Counted from the stretch's first letter, positions 8,642 through 17,101 are shown. The stretch: DNA of 42,603 bases from Desulfobacterales bacterium (GCA_050122495.1 JASFIU010000002.1:1-42603), one strand, 5' to 3'. Notes: a model not told the origin generated them from the sequence alone. Made by a program: numbers and translations.

Positions 8642-10989
8642 TACTCTATAGGTGTGTTTTCGACCAGATCCCACACACCGCAGGGACAGGCACCGGCACA
8701 GAAGCCGCAACCGATACAGAGGTCTTCATCTACGACATATTCATAAGCGTTACTTTCCAGATCTTTTCTGCTGATGGCAGACTGCGGGCAAACCGACACA
8801 CAGATGCCGCAGTCCCGGCAGTCACCGCAGGAGGAGCATTGCGACCCGCAGTGATCCAGATCCGCAAATTCGGTAATCCGGGGATCAAAATATTCCAAGG
8901 TTACCCGCTGTCGATCGATCATTTCGCGCTTTTCAGAAGCCGGCTTTTTGCCTTCAAACCTATCGCCGATGGTCTGCGCGACGATTCGGCCGGCGCCAAT
9001 GGCTTCGGTCAGCAACCCTGGCTGGACGACATCACCAATGGCAAAAATCTGGGCATCTGAGGTCTGGTAAGAGTCATTTACTTTAACAAAATCATTTTCG
9101 ATGGCAATATTTTCGGGAATAAACTCAAGGTCCGGCACATCGCCAATGGAAACAATGACCGTATCGGCAGGCACCTCTTCTCCGGTGGTCAATTTCACGC
9201 CCGATTTGGTAATTTCCTGCGTAAATACCGGCCATGAAAATTCTGCCCCCGCCGCCTCGGCGGCTTCTCTTTCTTTGCCGAAAGATGCCGGTTCCTGAAT
9301 ATCCAGCAGGGTAATTTTTTTAGCGCCCAGTCGATGGGCTTCAGCCGCCGCATCACAGCCCACATTACCGGCTCCGATAATAACCACATTTTTGCCCACC
9401 TTGGTTTTATTCTGCTTAGCGGCTGTCAGGAAATCAAGGGCGGTGATAGCCCTATCATTGCCCGGAACTGGAAGGTTTCTGGGTTTCTGAGCACCGGTGG
9501 CTATGACGACAAAATCAAAATCAGCTTTAAGCTGGGTAATGTCTTTGGGCCCCAGAGGCTGTTGAAGATTTACCTGGGGAATCACCTCTTTGACCCGTTG
9601 CATCTCTTTGGTGATTACTTTTTTAGGAATGCGGCTTTCGGGAATCACCCGCGTGATTTTACCACCTAAAGATTTCGCCACCTCGTAAATCGTGACCTGA
9701 TGCCCCTGACGGCGCAGCTGCCAGGCCACCGAAATTCCTGCCGGGCCCCCACCGATAACCGCAATCTTTTTATCGGTTTCCGGGGGTAGATCGGGCAGTT
9801 TGGCCTTGATGCTGGACTGACCCAGCTGGGTGACATCCACCGGAGCCATGGCTGAGATCTGCCGTGAACAAGATTGCATACAAAGGTTGGGACACAAGTA
9901 CCCGCAAATCGATGCCGGAAAGGGCGTATAGCCCAGCGCCAGATCAACGGCTTCATCCACGCGTCCTTCACGGATCAAACGCCATCTTTCCTGAACAGGA
10001 ATACCGGTTGGGCAGGTCGCCTCACAGGGTGCGGCGTATTTGCGGTTTTCCCAGACCGGAACAAATCGCCGTAGCAAGCTGTTGGTGATTAAGGGAATGG
10101 GGCTTCGATCCAGATGGGTAAGATCGCCAATTAGCCCGCCCTGCCCCAGCTCCTTTTCCCAGGTGCGCGTGCGAAATGAATGCATCGATCGCATCGGGCT
10201 GGAAATTTTTTCCTGGGGTGTGCGTGCGACTAAAAGCTGCCACTGCTCTCTGTCGGAAAAGAATTTCGTCAGCTCGGATCGATCGATCTGTTTCAGGAAA
10301 ACCTTTAAATTCTCGGTCAGCCAGTTCCAATCATCGTCTTTAATGGGAACCAGTTTCGCATCGGTCTGGCTGTAGCCGACATGAGGACCCCGGAAGAACA
10401 CTTTTCCACCGACCATGCCGACAAAGGGCCGATATCCCAGAATGTTATCCGGGTTCTGGGGCCCATGTCCGCAAATTACGGCAATTCCTCCTGCCATAAA
10501 TTCACCGAAGTAGTCACCGGCAGAGCCCAGCACCCAGAGCTCGGGCGGTTCAAAACGCGGATTATGTTTGGTCATGGTCATACCGCGCGCACCGATATTG
10601 CCGTCAATAAAAATTTTGCCCTGGGCCATCGCATTGGCGCAGCCATTGCCGGCATTTCCATGGATGACGATTTCGGCTCCGGCATTGAGCCAGCCGACAT
10701 CATCTGAGGCTGGCCCCAGGACTTCGATAAGGGTGTTGGGAAAGCCCATGGAGCCCACTCGTTGTCCCGGGTGTCCGGAAATTTTGATGTGCACCGGTTC
10801 ATTTCCGGCACACCAGAGCCGGCCGCCGATACCATGCTGACCGAAGGCATTAACTTCTATCGAGCGCTGACCCTGGGCAACCGCTTCCTGAATCTGCTCT
10901 TCAAGTATCCTTGATTCCAGTCTTTCTCCGCTGAATTTACCCGAAATCACTCTGGGGGGTTTATCGTTAACCGTGACTTGGTTATCCAT
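8641..10989 (-). CDS. Glutamate synthase fusion protein: GXGXG domain (GltB domain 3), GltD-like NAD(P)H/FAD oxidoreductase, and C-terminal 2x[4Fe-4S] ferredoxin
   Basis: N-terminal GXGXG beta-helix repeats are present (GHPGQRVGSMG, HGNAGNGCANAMAQG, GSAGDYFGEFMAGG). GltD-type Fe-S motifs are CEATCPTG and CGYLCPNLCMQSC. Two Rossmann motifs are VIGGGPAG and IIGAGNVG. The C-terminus carries CGDCRDCGICVSVCP and CIGCGFCAGACP. Confidence 0.85.
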   Translation of the reverse strand: MDNQVTVNDKPPRVISGKFSGERLESRILEEQIQEAVAQGQRSIEVNAFGQHGIGGRLWCAGNEPVHIKISGHPGQRVGSMGFPNTLIEVLGPASDDVGWLNAGAEIVIHGNAGNGCANAMAQGKIFIDGNIGARGMTMTKHNPRFEPPELWVLGSAGDYFGEFMAGGIAVICGHGPQNPDNILGYRPFVGMVGGKVFFRGPHVGYSQTDAKLVPIKDDDWNWLTENLKVFLKQIDRSELTKFFSDREQWQLLVARTPQEKISSPMRSMHSFRTRTWEKELGQGGLIGDLTHLDRSPIPLITNSLLRRFVPVWENRKYAAPCEATCPTGIPVQERWRLIREGRVDEAVDLALGYTPFPASICGYLCPNLCMQSCSRQISAMAPVDVTQLGQSSIKAKLPDLPPETDKKIAVIGGGPAGISVAWQLRRQGHQVTIYEVAKSLGGKITRVIPESRIPKKVITKEMQRVKEVIPQVNLQQPLGPKDITQLKADFDFVVIATGAQKPRNLPVPGNDRAITALDFLTAAKQNKTKVGKNVVIIGAGNVGCDAAAEAHRLGAKKITLLDIQEPASFGKEREAAEAAGAEFSWPVFTQEITKSGVKLTTGEEVPADTVIVSIGDVPDLEFIPENIAIENDFVKVNDSYQTSDAQIFAIGDVVQPGLLTEAIGAGRIVAQTIGDRFEGKKPASEKREMIDRQRVTLEYFDPRITEFADLDHCGSQCSSCGDCRDCGICVSVCPQSAISRKDLESNAYEYVVDEDLCIGCGFCAGACPCGVWDLVENTPIE

Positions 10990-11013
10990 TTATGGTCTCC
11001 AAACTATAGAATA

Positions 11014-11114
11014 GTGCCTAAAGTTGGAAGTGACTAAAGTGACTAAAATTTTAAAAGGATAGAATCCGATTTAACTTTAGCTCACTTTAGTTCACTCTAG
11101 TCACTTTAGCTCAC
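11014..11114. repeat. Periodic-arm hairpin, GTGACTAAA / TCACTTTAG 9-10-mer family
   Basis: Left arm 11014-11047 is GTGCCTAAAGTTGGAAGTGACTAAAGTGACTAAA. Right arm 11071-11114 is TTAACTTTAGCTCACTTTAGTTCACTCTAGTCACTTTAGCTCAC. The arms are unequal (about 3 versus 4.5 units). Confidence 0.85.
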
Positions 11115-11116
11115 TC

Positions 11117-11213
11117 GGGTTTTATTGGTTTTATTAGTTTGATTGGTTTAGACACGATCGCTGGTCCTGACGTTAACCAATTGAACCCATCAAACCAATT
11201 AAACGAATTAAAC
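11117..11213. repeat. Periodic-arm hairpin, ATTGGTT family, abutting and overlapping the stop codon of the GOGAT FMN-domain gene
   Basis: Left arm 11117-11151 is GGGTTTTATTGGTTTTATTAGTTTGATTGGTTTAG. Right arm 11172-11213 is GTTAACCAATTGAACCCATCAAACCAATTAAACGAATTAAAC. About 25 of 33 positions are complementary. Confidence 0.85.
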
Positions 11214-12842
11214 AACATACTTGATCTTCAATCGCTCCGCCACATTGGGATCATCGATACCCAATGCATCGGACATGCCGATGGGCAATGATGTGGATCG
11301 CCCCAGCGGCGCGACTATTTTTTTAAGTTCAGTATCAAAACTCAAATAAAGGTCCACCAGACGCTGGGCCACCTGCTCAGCATCAAGGCGCCGATACAGC
11401 CGCGGGTCCTGGGATGTTATGCCCTTGGGACAAAGTCCGATATTGCAGATGTTGCAGCGGTCGGATTCCGAGCCCAGACAGCCGGCAGCCGCCTGCATAA
11501 CATATTTTCCGATTTGTACGCCGCTGGCGCCCAGCATGATTAACGCGGCGGCATTGGCCGCTAGATTTCCGTTTTTGCCGATGCCGCCACCGGCAAACAA
11601 AGGCACCTGGTTTTGCATGCCCAGCTGCACCAGGGTCAGATATCCATCGCGAATATTGCTGGCGATGGGGTGCCCCATGTGATTCATGGAAACATTATAG
11701 GCAGCACCCGTCCCACCGTCCTCACCGTCAATCGCCAGTCCTGCAGCATAGGGATTGCGGGTTAGGTTGTTCAAGACCGCCATCGCCGTCGAGGTGCCTG
11801 AAATTTTCGGATAGACCGGCACACGGAAACCCCAGGCCATGTACATGGACTGGATCATTTTGGCCACCGATTCTTCAATCGAATATTTGGTCTGATGGGT
11901 AGGCGGGCTGGGCAGGTTCACACCGGTGGGCACGCCCCGGATGGCGGCAATCAGCTTGTTGACCTTGTACCACATCAGCAACCCGCCATCGCCGGGTTTG
12001 GCGCCCTGTCCATACTTGATCTCGATGGCACAGGGGTCTTCTTTCATCTCCGGAATGGCGTGAATAATTTCATCCCAGCCGAAGTATCCGCTGGCAATCT
12101 GCAGGATGACATATTTTAAAAACCGGGACCGCAACAGCCGCGGCGGGCATCCGCCTTCCCCGGTACAGACCCGCACCGGCATGCCCAGTTCTTCGTTTAA
12201 ATAGGCCACCCCCATCTGCAATCCTTCCCACATGGTGGGTGACAGGGCGCCGAAAGACATGGCCCCGATGATCAACGGATAGATTTCACGGACCGGCGGA
12301 ATCCAGCCGTTCACGCTTAAAAATTTCAGATTGTCTTCGGGCGGCAAAACGCGTCCCAGCAACGTGCGCAGTTCAAACTCGTGGCGGCCGGCATCCAGGG
12401 CCGGGTCGGTTAACATGGAGATCCGGATAAATTTCAGGCGATCTAAAACGCCGCCAGCCACATTGCGACGTCCGCCTCTTCTGCGGGGCTGGCCGCCCTG
12501 GTCGACATGAAATTTGAGCTTGTCGCTTTCATCGCTTCGACAGGGAACGATGCAGTCATTGGGGCAAACCATGGTACACATGGCACAGCCGATGCACCTG
12601 TAGGCCGGGTCTGTTTTTTGCCGAATACCATAATAGCTCGTATAGGCCATCACCGGAGCCTGCGTCAGGTCCGACGGTGGCTCGAGCAGCCGCTTGCGAA
12701 ATACCCCCAGTTCAATTGCATTTACAGGACACACGGCGGTGCATTTGCCGCAAAGGGTGCATTTTTGCTTATCCCATAAAATCTGCCACGGTAAGTCCCT
12801 GATGCTCAGTGTGGAAGGGGTAATGGGTCTTTCTGGTTCCAT
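11208..12842 (-). CDS. Glutamate synthase FMN-binding central domain (GltB domain 2) with N-terminal 2x[4Fe-4S] ferredoxin
   Basis: Fe-S motifs are CTLCGKCTAVCP and CIGCAMCTMVCP. A GltB-type FMN/TIM-barrel segment follows (ISMLTDPALDAG, KYGQGAKPGDGG, GGTGAA, GIGKNGNLA). The start overlaps the upstream gene by 37 nt. Confidence 0.85.
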   Translation of the reverse strand: MEPERPITPSTLSIRDLPWQILWDKQKCTLCGKCTAVCPVNAIELGVFRKRLLEPPSDLTQAPVMAYTSYYGIRQKTDPAYRCIGCAMCTMVCPNDCIVPCRSDESDKLKFHVDQGGQPRRRGGRRNVAGGVLDRLKFIRISMLTDPALDAGRHEFELRTLLGRVLPPEDNLKFLSVNGWIPPVREIYPLIIGAMSFGALSPTMWEGLQMGVAYLNEELGMPVRVCTGEGGCPPRLLRSRFLKYVILQIASGYFGWDEIIHAIPEMKEDPCAIEIKYGQGAKPGDGGLLMWYKVNKLIAAIRGVPTGVNLPSPPTHQTKYSIEESVAKMIQSMYMAWGFRVPVYPKISGTSTAMAVLNNLTRNPYAAGLAIDGEDGGTGAAYNVSMNHMGHPIASNIRDGYLTLVQLGMQNQVPLFAGGGIGKNGNLAANAAALIMLGASGVQIGKYVMQAAAGCLGSESDRCNICNIGLCPKGITSQDPRLYRRLDAEQVAQRLVDLYLSFDTELKKIVAPLGRSTSLPIGMSDALGIDDPNVAERLKIKYVV

Positions 12843-13936
12843 AACGTAACCTCCTGACGATCCGGACCGACATAGACCGTATCCAGATGCATCGGTTGAA
12901 AATCTTTGCTTTTATCCCGATTGGGAATGGCGGCGTCCAGACCACAAATCTCAGAAGAAAACGCAAAGATGCCTGGCTTACCACCGACAACGCCGGGTCG
13001 CAGTTTCTTGCGATCCTGTACCATAAACACACTATGGTCTGGCAGACAGCCGATAACGCAATTGGGCCCGTCGATGATCAGCGGCCGGCAGGTTTGCTTC
13101 AGATTCTTTAAAAAATCGCTGTTCGGATGATCGACCAAATCTGAATCCTGCAAGGGTGTAATCAGGTGTTTATATGTTTCAATTCCAAGTCCGAGTTTGG
13201 TAACTGCATAGTGCAGGATATGCGTAAAAACCTCTGAATCCGACTCATAGCCGGTGTATCCTGGAAAGCCTCTTGATTCCAAAAAGGATCGGATCGGAAC
13301 AAATGCCGTATTTTCTCCGTTGGTCATGGTTGAATACCCCTGAATGAAAAACGGATGACAGGCATACAGCGTGATGGCATAATTGGTGTTCTGCCGGCCC
13401 TGAGCCATGATCACTCTGGCAAAAAGCTCTTTGCGGTCCAGGTTCAGATGCTGAGCAATGAGCATGGGATCCCCGATTTCCTTTATCATAATCACATCCG
13501 GCCAGAAGGAGAAAACAATCATGTCATTTTGTTCCTGCCCCATCGTTCTGAGCTGAAGCCGGATTTTTAGGAGTTGATCATAGAGTTCCGCCTGGCTGAA
13601 ATCCTCCCACTCTTCCGGGTATTCATATGCCCGGATCAGATATACATCCCGCTTGGGAACACCGGGAGGAGGTGTTTTAGGTAGCTTAACCGAGATTTTA
13701 TATTTGGTCATAAAGCCGATATCCATCATGAATGTGTCCAGGCGCTTTAGCCCTTTATCGCTGAAGATTCCCGACAAAATCGGGGCGTCTTTCATCTCAT
13801 CAAACGGCCCGCCAAGATCCCGCAGAAAAATCCCGACGCCGGAACAATCATGACCCTCACGCATGACATCAAGCGCATCCAGCGCAACCATTGGTGATAG
13901 CGGCTCCTTGCTGGTGATGGCAAATAAGCGGCACAT
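12806..13936 (-). CDS. Class II (Ntn) glutamine amidotransferase, glutamate synthase domain 1
   Basis: The N-terminus is MCRLFAI, with the catalytic Cys directly after Met. It is 376 aa and is the first gene of a three-gene split GOGAT. AAGGAG SD lies 10 nt upstream. Confidence 0.8.
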   Translation of the reverse strand: MCRLFAITSKEPLSPMVALDALDVMREGHDCSGVGIFLRDLGGPFDEMKDAPILSGIFSDKGLKRLDTFMMDIGFMTKYKISVKLPKTPPPGVPKRDVYLIRAYEYPEEWEDFSQAELYDQLLKIRLQLRTMGQEQNDMIVFSFWPDVIMIKEIGDPMLIAQHLNLDRKELFARVIMAQGRQNTNYAITLYACHPFFIQGYSTMTNGENTAFVPIRSFLESRGFPGYTGYESDSEVFTHILHYAVTKLGLGIETYKHLITPLQDSDLVDHPNSDFLKNLKQTCRPLIIDGPNCVIGCLPDHSVFMVQDRKKLRPGVVGGKPGIFAFSSEICGLDAAIPNRDKSKDFQPMHLDTVYVGPDRQEVTLWNQKDPLPLPH

Positions 13937-13960
13937 GGTAATTGATCTCCTTTTTCAGTA

Positions 13961-14004
13961 TAAAATTAAAAATAAAAAATCCTGCCGGGGCAAAAACTGA
14001 CAGG
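13961..14004 (-). promoter_or_regulatory. Terminator-like hairpin plus U-tract in the 5-prime leader of the GOGAT operon (possible attenuator)
   Basis: The minus-strand RNA reads CCUGUC-AGUUUUUGCCCC-GGCAGG. This is a 6-bp stem including one G-U that would be a C-A mismatch on the other strand. It is followed by AUUUUUUAUUUUUAAUUUUA and ends about 25 nt before the SD. Confidence 0.4.
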
Positions 14005-14471
14005 GGTGCGATCTCCATTGCGATCGAACCGGTAAGTTGCAGCAATGTAGATCAGATCCGTCAGGTTAGCGCTTGGGGCAGGAAGTACTGCAAATTATGG
14101 TAGTCAAGAAATTCATCATCAGAATCTTTATGGGAGGTTATCGGAGTCGAATAGCGGGCCCGGGAGTCACCTTCGAGAATCATCGGACCGGCTGTAAAAC
14201 ATGCGGGGCATCATATTGGAATGGTTCCCGAATCAAAATTGGGATTAAATATGAATACGTTATAATGCCAGCCAACATCGTTCATCGTTCCCTTGCGGGA
14301 AATGATGAATTTAGCATTGCGCTCCTTTTAAATTTTAATAAAACCCCCTTCCAAAATACAATACGTTTAGTTTTCAATCGCTTGTATCATATAAACATCA
14401 TTTGAAAAACAAAAAATTGATATAGATCAACGAATCATCCAAACGATTCAAATTGGCGCTAAGAAATCTTC

Positions 14472-14487
14472 AGCAATGTCCGTGCCA
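14472..14487 (-). promoter_or_regulatory. Sigma-54 (-24/-12) promoter facing the GOGAT operon
   Basis: The minus strand reads TGGCAC-GGACA-TTGCT, a perfect match to TGGCAC-N5-TTGCW. It lies in a 1.1 kb AT-rich non-coding gap about 535 nt upstream of the GATase start codon. Confidence 0.7.
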
Positions 14488-14876
14488 GAGCGGCGCGCAT
14501 CACAACCCATTATAATGACTAGGAATATGGATCATGTAAAATATAACAGACAAAAAATCCCACATAATTGTAATGGCAAGCTCCTTAAATTTACAAAAAC
14601 GTAAGAATTAAGCCCATTTTCACCAGCCCCAATTAACCGCACCCGTTGCGGTGATCAACTGACTGCCGCCTTCAGAAGAAAATAAGCAGAATCGATAGGA
14701 CGACATTTTTTCACCCCAAATCAAGATTCATCCGACAAAATCGCTTATCGTGTGTGTTGGCTACCGCAAGAAAATTTATTTAATAATCTGCATCACTCCT
14801 AAAATTAAAATTTGCTGGTCATTTTAATCAATCTTTCCTGATGGTTGTTCGGGTTCTTTCTCGGACGCTTATCTTT

Positions 14877-14905
14877 TTGACAAGTCAACCGCTTTATTTT
14901 ATATA
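14877..14905 (+). promoter_or_regulatory. Sigma-70-type promoter candidate for the 15083 cNMP-binding gene
   Basis: TTGACA lies at 14877-14882. A 17-nt spacer separates it from TATATA at 14900-14905. Confidence 0.45.
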
Positions 14906-15082
14906 TATTAGGTTAACTTCCTAATCAGAGTTCTACCCCTAATATGGTGGCTGCCACAATTTGATTTATCTGATTGCCAAATCTTCTCCAATCTTAAAAT
15001 GTTCATATGGACATCAGGCTAGTTTAGGAGAAGAATATTAGGCGAAATTTAGAATCGTTTAGACACAAAGGTGGGAACGGTC

Positions 15083-15523
15083 ATGTATATCAAACAATCG
15101 GAGCTTTTTGCAGGGACCAGTATGGATTTCGTAAAAAAATTCATGGACATTTCAGAAATGTCTTCCCATAAGAAAGGTGAGATGCTTTTCAGCGAAAAAG
15201 ATCCGGCGAAGTTTTTTTTTATTCTGCTCAATGGGCGCGTAAAATTAAGTGTGGGAGAGCCGAAACAGGCGGTTTATAACGCTTCCCGCAATGGGGAAGC
15301 TTTTGGATGGTCAAGTCTCATCGGGGGAGATGTTTACTCTGCTTCGGCGGAATGTATCGAACCGACCAAATTACTAAAAACCAGCAGTGATAAATTATCG
15401 CGAATTTTAAACGCAGATCCCGACAATGGGATTATTTTCTTCAAACAACTTGCCGCCACCCTTGGCAACCGGTTGCTTGAAACGTATAAGATGATTACAC
15501 CCAAAACTGGAGATACCAAATAA
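15083..15523 (+). CDS. Stand-alone cyclic-nucleotide-binding domain protein
   Basis: A cNMP-binding fold signature is present (FFFILLNGRVKLSV ... GEAFGWSSLIGG..YSASAEC) with no HTH. ATG at 15083, with AAGGTGGG upstream, is preferred over the GTG at 15071 used by the track. Confidence 0.7.
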   Translation: MYIKQSELFAGTSMDFVKKFMDISEMSSHKKGEMLFSEKDPAKFFFILLNGRVKLSVGEPKQAVYNASRNGEAFGWSSLIGGDVYSASAECIEPTKLLKTSSDKLSRILNADPDNGIIFFKQLAATLGNRLLETYKMITPKTGDTK

Positions 15524-15540
15524 CATAAACTTAGGATTGG

Positions 15541-15609
15541 GGTTTCGGGTGTCAGGTGTCAGGTGTCAGAAATGCAAAATCTGAAACCTGAACACTGAAA
15601 CCTAAAACC
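15541..15609. repeat. Periodic-arm hairpin, GGTGTCA heptamer family (cleanest example)
   Basis: Left arm 15541-15569 is GGTTTCGGGTGTCAGGTGTCAGGTGTCAG. The loop is AAATGCAAAAT. Right arm 15581-15609 is CTGAAACCTGAACACTGAAACCTAAAACC. 22 of 29 positions are complementary, and the mismatches recur with the repeat period. Confidence 0.9.
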
Positions 15610-15626
15610 AGTGAAAGGAGATCGTT

Positions 15627-16964
15627 ATGCCAGACAATCCTTTAAACCACATAAAGAAGCCTGGATTAACCCGGCGTGATTTTTTATGGCTGTCATCGCT
15701 GGCCGCCGCCGGCTATGTGTTCGGGTGCGCCACGGATCCGGTAACGGGAAAAAAGCAGTTCATGCTGGTATCCGAAGATACCGAAATTCAAATCGACAAA
15801 CAGTATTCACCGCTTCAGTTTTCCTCAGATTTCGGGGAAGTGCAGGACAGCCAATTAAACCGCTACGTCAGCCAGATCGGAGACAAGATGGCCGCATCAT
15901 CCCATCGACCCCATATGCCGTATACATTTCGGGTGGTCAACGCCACCTATATCAATGCCTATGCCTTTCCCGGCGGCAGCATTGCCGCCACCCGCGGCAT
16001 CATGCTCTCGCTGGACAACGAAGCCGAACTGGCCGCCCTGCTGGGCCACGAACTGGGCCATGTAAACGCCCGACACTCAGCCGAGCAGATGTCTAAAGGT
16101 CAGTTAACCCAGGCGATTGTTGGCGGAATTTCGACAGTGGCCGGAACCCAGAATGCGGCGCTGGGAGACTTGGCCGGCCAGCTGGGCCAGATTGCCGGCG
16201 GCGCCCTGCTGGCGTCTTACAGCCGGGATAACGAACGCGAAGCCGATGCCCTGGGGATGGAATATATGGTCGGCGCCGGCTATGGTTCCGAGGGCTTTGT
16301 CGGGCTGATGGACATGCTGAACAGCCTGTCCAAACACAAATCCGGTTCTGTCGAGCTTTTGTTTGCCACCCATCCGATGAGTTCGGAGCGTTACGATACG
16401 GCTGTCCAAATGGCAAATACAACCTATTCATCTTCGCTTAAAGGGCCTTTACACCGCGAGCGCTACATGGACCATACCGCCCGCTTACGGTCCCAAAAAG
16501 GGGCGATTGAAGAGATTGAAAAAGGGCAAAAGGAAATGGCCCAGAAAAAATATGATGCCGCCAGCAATCATTTTCGTCGGGCCTTGAAACAGGCGCCCAA
16601 TGATTATGTTGCCCTATGCATGATGTCGATAAGCAATCTGGCCCAGAAAAAATATGCGGTCGCTCGTCAGTATGCCGAGATGGCCCAAAAGTCCTATCCC
16701 AAAGAAGCCCAGGCCTATCATCTCAGCGGCTTTTCCAAAATTCAGCTGAAGGATTTCGAGGGTGCTTATGAAGAATTTAACACCTACGAATCGCTGCTGC
16801 CCGGAAATCCAAACGTCATTTTTTTTAAAGGTTATTGCCAGGAAGGCATGGAACAGATCGAGCCGGCGGCCGAAGAATACAAGCGCTACCTGCAGGTGGT
16901 CCAGCAGGGAAAGTACGCCCAGCATGCCTATAAACGGTTGGTGGATTGGGGGTATATTAAGTAA
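15627..16964 (+). CDS. M48-family Zn metallopeptidase with C-terminal TPR repeats, Tat/lipoprotein-type signal
   Basis: The HELGH zinc motif is present. The N-terminus is TRRDFLWLSSLAAAGYVFGC (twin-Arg plus lipobox). TPR-like helices fill the C-terminal third. GAAAGGAG SD is present. Confidence 0.85.
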   Translation: MPDNPLNHIKKPGLTRRDFLWLSSLAAAGYVFGCATDPVTGKKQFMLVSEDTEIQIDKQYSPLQFSSDFGEVQDSQLNRYVSQIGDKMAASSHRPHMPYTFRVVNATYINAYAFPGGSIAATRGIMLSLDNEAELAALLGHELGHVNARHSAEQMSKGQLTQAIVGGISTVAGTQNAALGDLAGQLGQIAGGALLASYSRDNEREADALGMEYMVGAGYGSEGFVGLMDMLNSLSKHKSGSVELLFATHPMSSERYDTAVQMANTTYSSSLKGPLHRERYMDHTARLRSQKGAIEEIEKGQKEMAQKKYDAASNHFRRALKQAPNDYVALCMMSISNLAQKKYAVARQYAEMAQKSYPKEAQAYHLSGFSKIQLKDFEGAYEEFNTYESLLPGNPNVIFFKGYCQEGMEQIEPAAEEYKRYLQVVQQGKYAQHAYKRLVDWGYIK

Positions 16965-16972
16965 CCCAGAAT

Positions 16973-17101
16973 GGAGTAATGGAGTAAAATTAATTGTGGA
17001 TTTTAGATTGCGGATTGCGGATTGAAATATCAAACATATCGCATATTCAAAATCCGCAATCCGAAATCTGCATTCCGAAACCTTGAGTACTCCATCACTC
17101 C
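16973..17101. repeat. Nested periodic-arm palindrome: outer GGAGTAAT-type arms enclosing inner GCGGATT-type arms
   Basis: Outer arm GGAGTAATGGAGTA at 16973-16986 pairs with TACTCCATCACTCC at 17088-17101. Inner arm GTGGATTTTAGATTGCGGATTGCGGATTG at 16996-17024 pairs with CAAAATCCGCAATCCGAAATCTGCATTCCGAAACC at 17048-17082. The central loop is itself near-palindromic. Confidence 0.85.

Noticed and set aside
993-13853. Numerous 60-240-aa ORFs antisense to or out of frame within the radical SAM gene, purF, carB, carA and the GOGAT genes (for example 2484-3056, 5896-6351, 6433-7164, 10040-10375)
   Set aside because: All lie inside long ORFs with strong family motifs on the other strand or frame. 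Their compositions are Arg/Gly/Pro-rich, as expected for antisense of GC-balanced coding DNA.
14073-14405. 110-aa plus-strand ORF in the large AT-rich gap
   Set aside because: It has a non-ATG start, no SD, low-complexity composition and no recognisable domain. It lies antisense to the predicted GOGAT leader, so it is probably a chance ORF in AT-rich DNA.
14636-14652. ACCGCA-CCCGT-TGCGGT / GCACC-N6-GGTGA inverted repeat about 150-165 bp upstream of the GOGAT sigma-54 promoter as an NtrC-type site
   Set aside because: The arms are short, the spacing differs from the NtrC consensus I recall, and there is a single occurrence. It is noted but not supported well enough to call.
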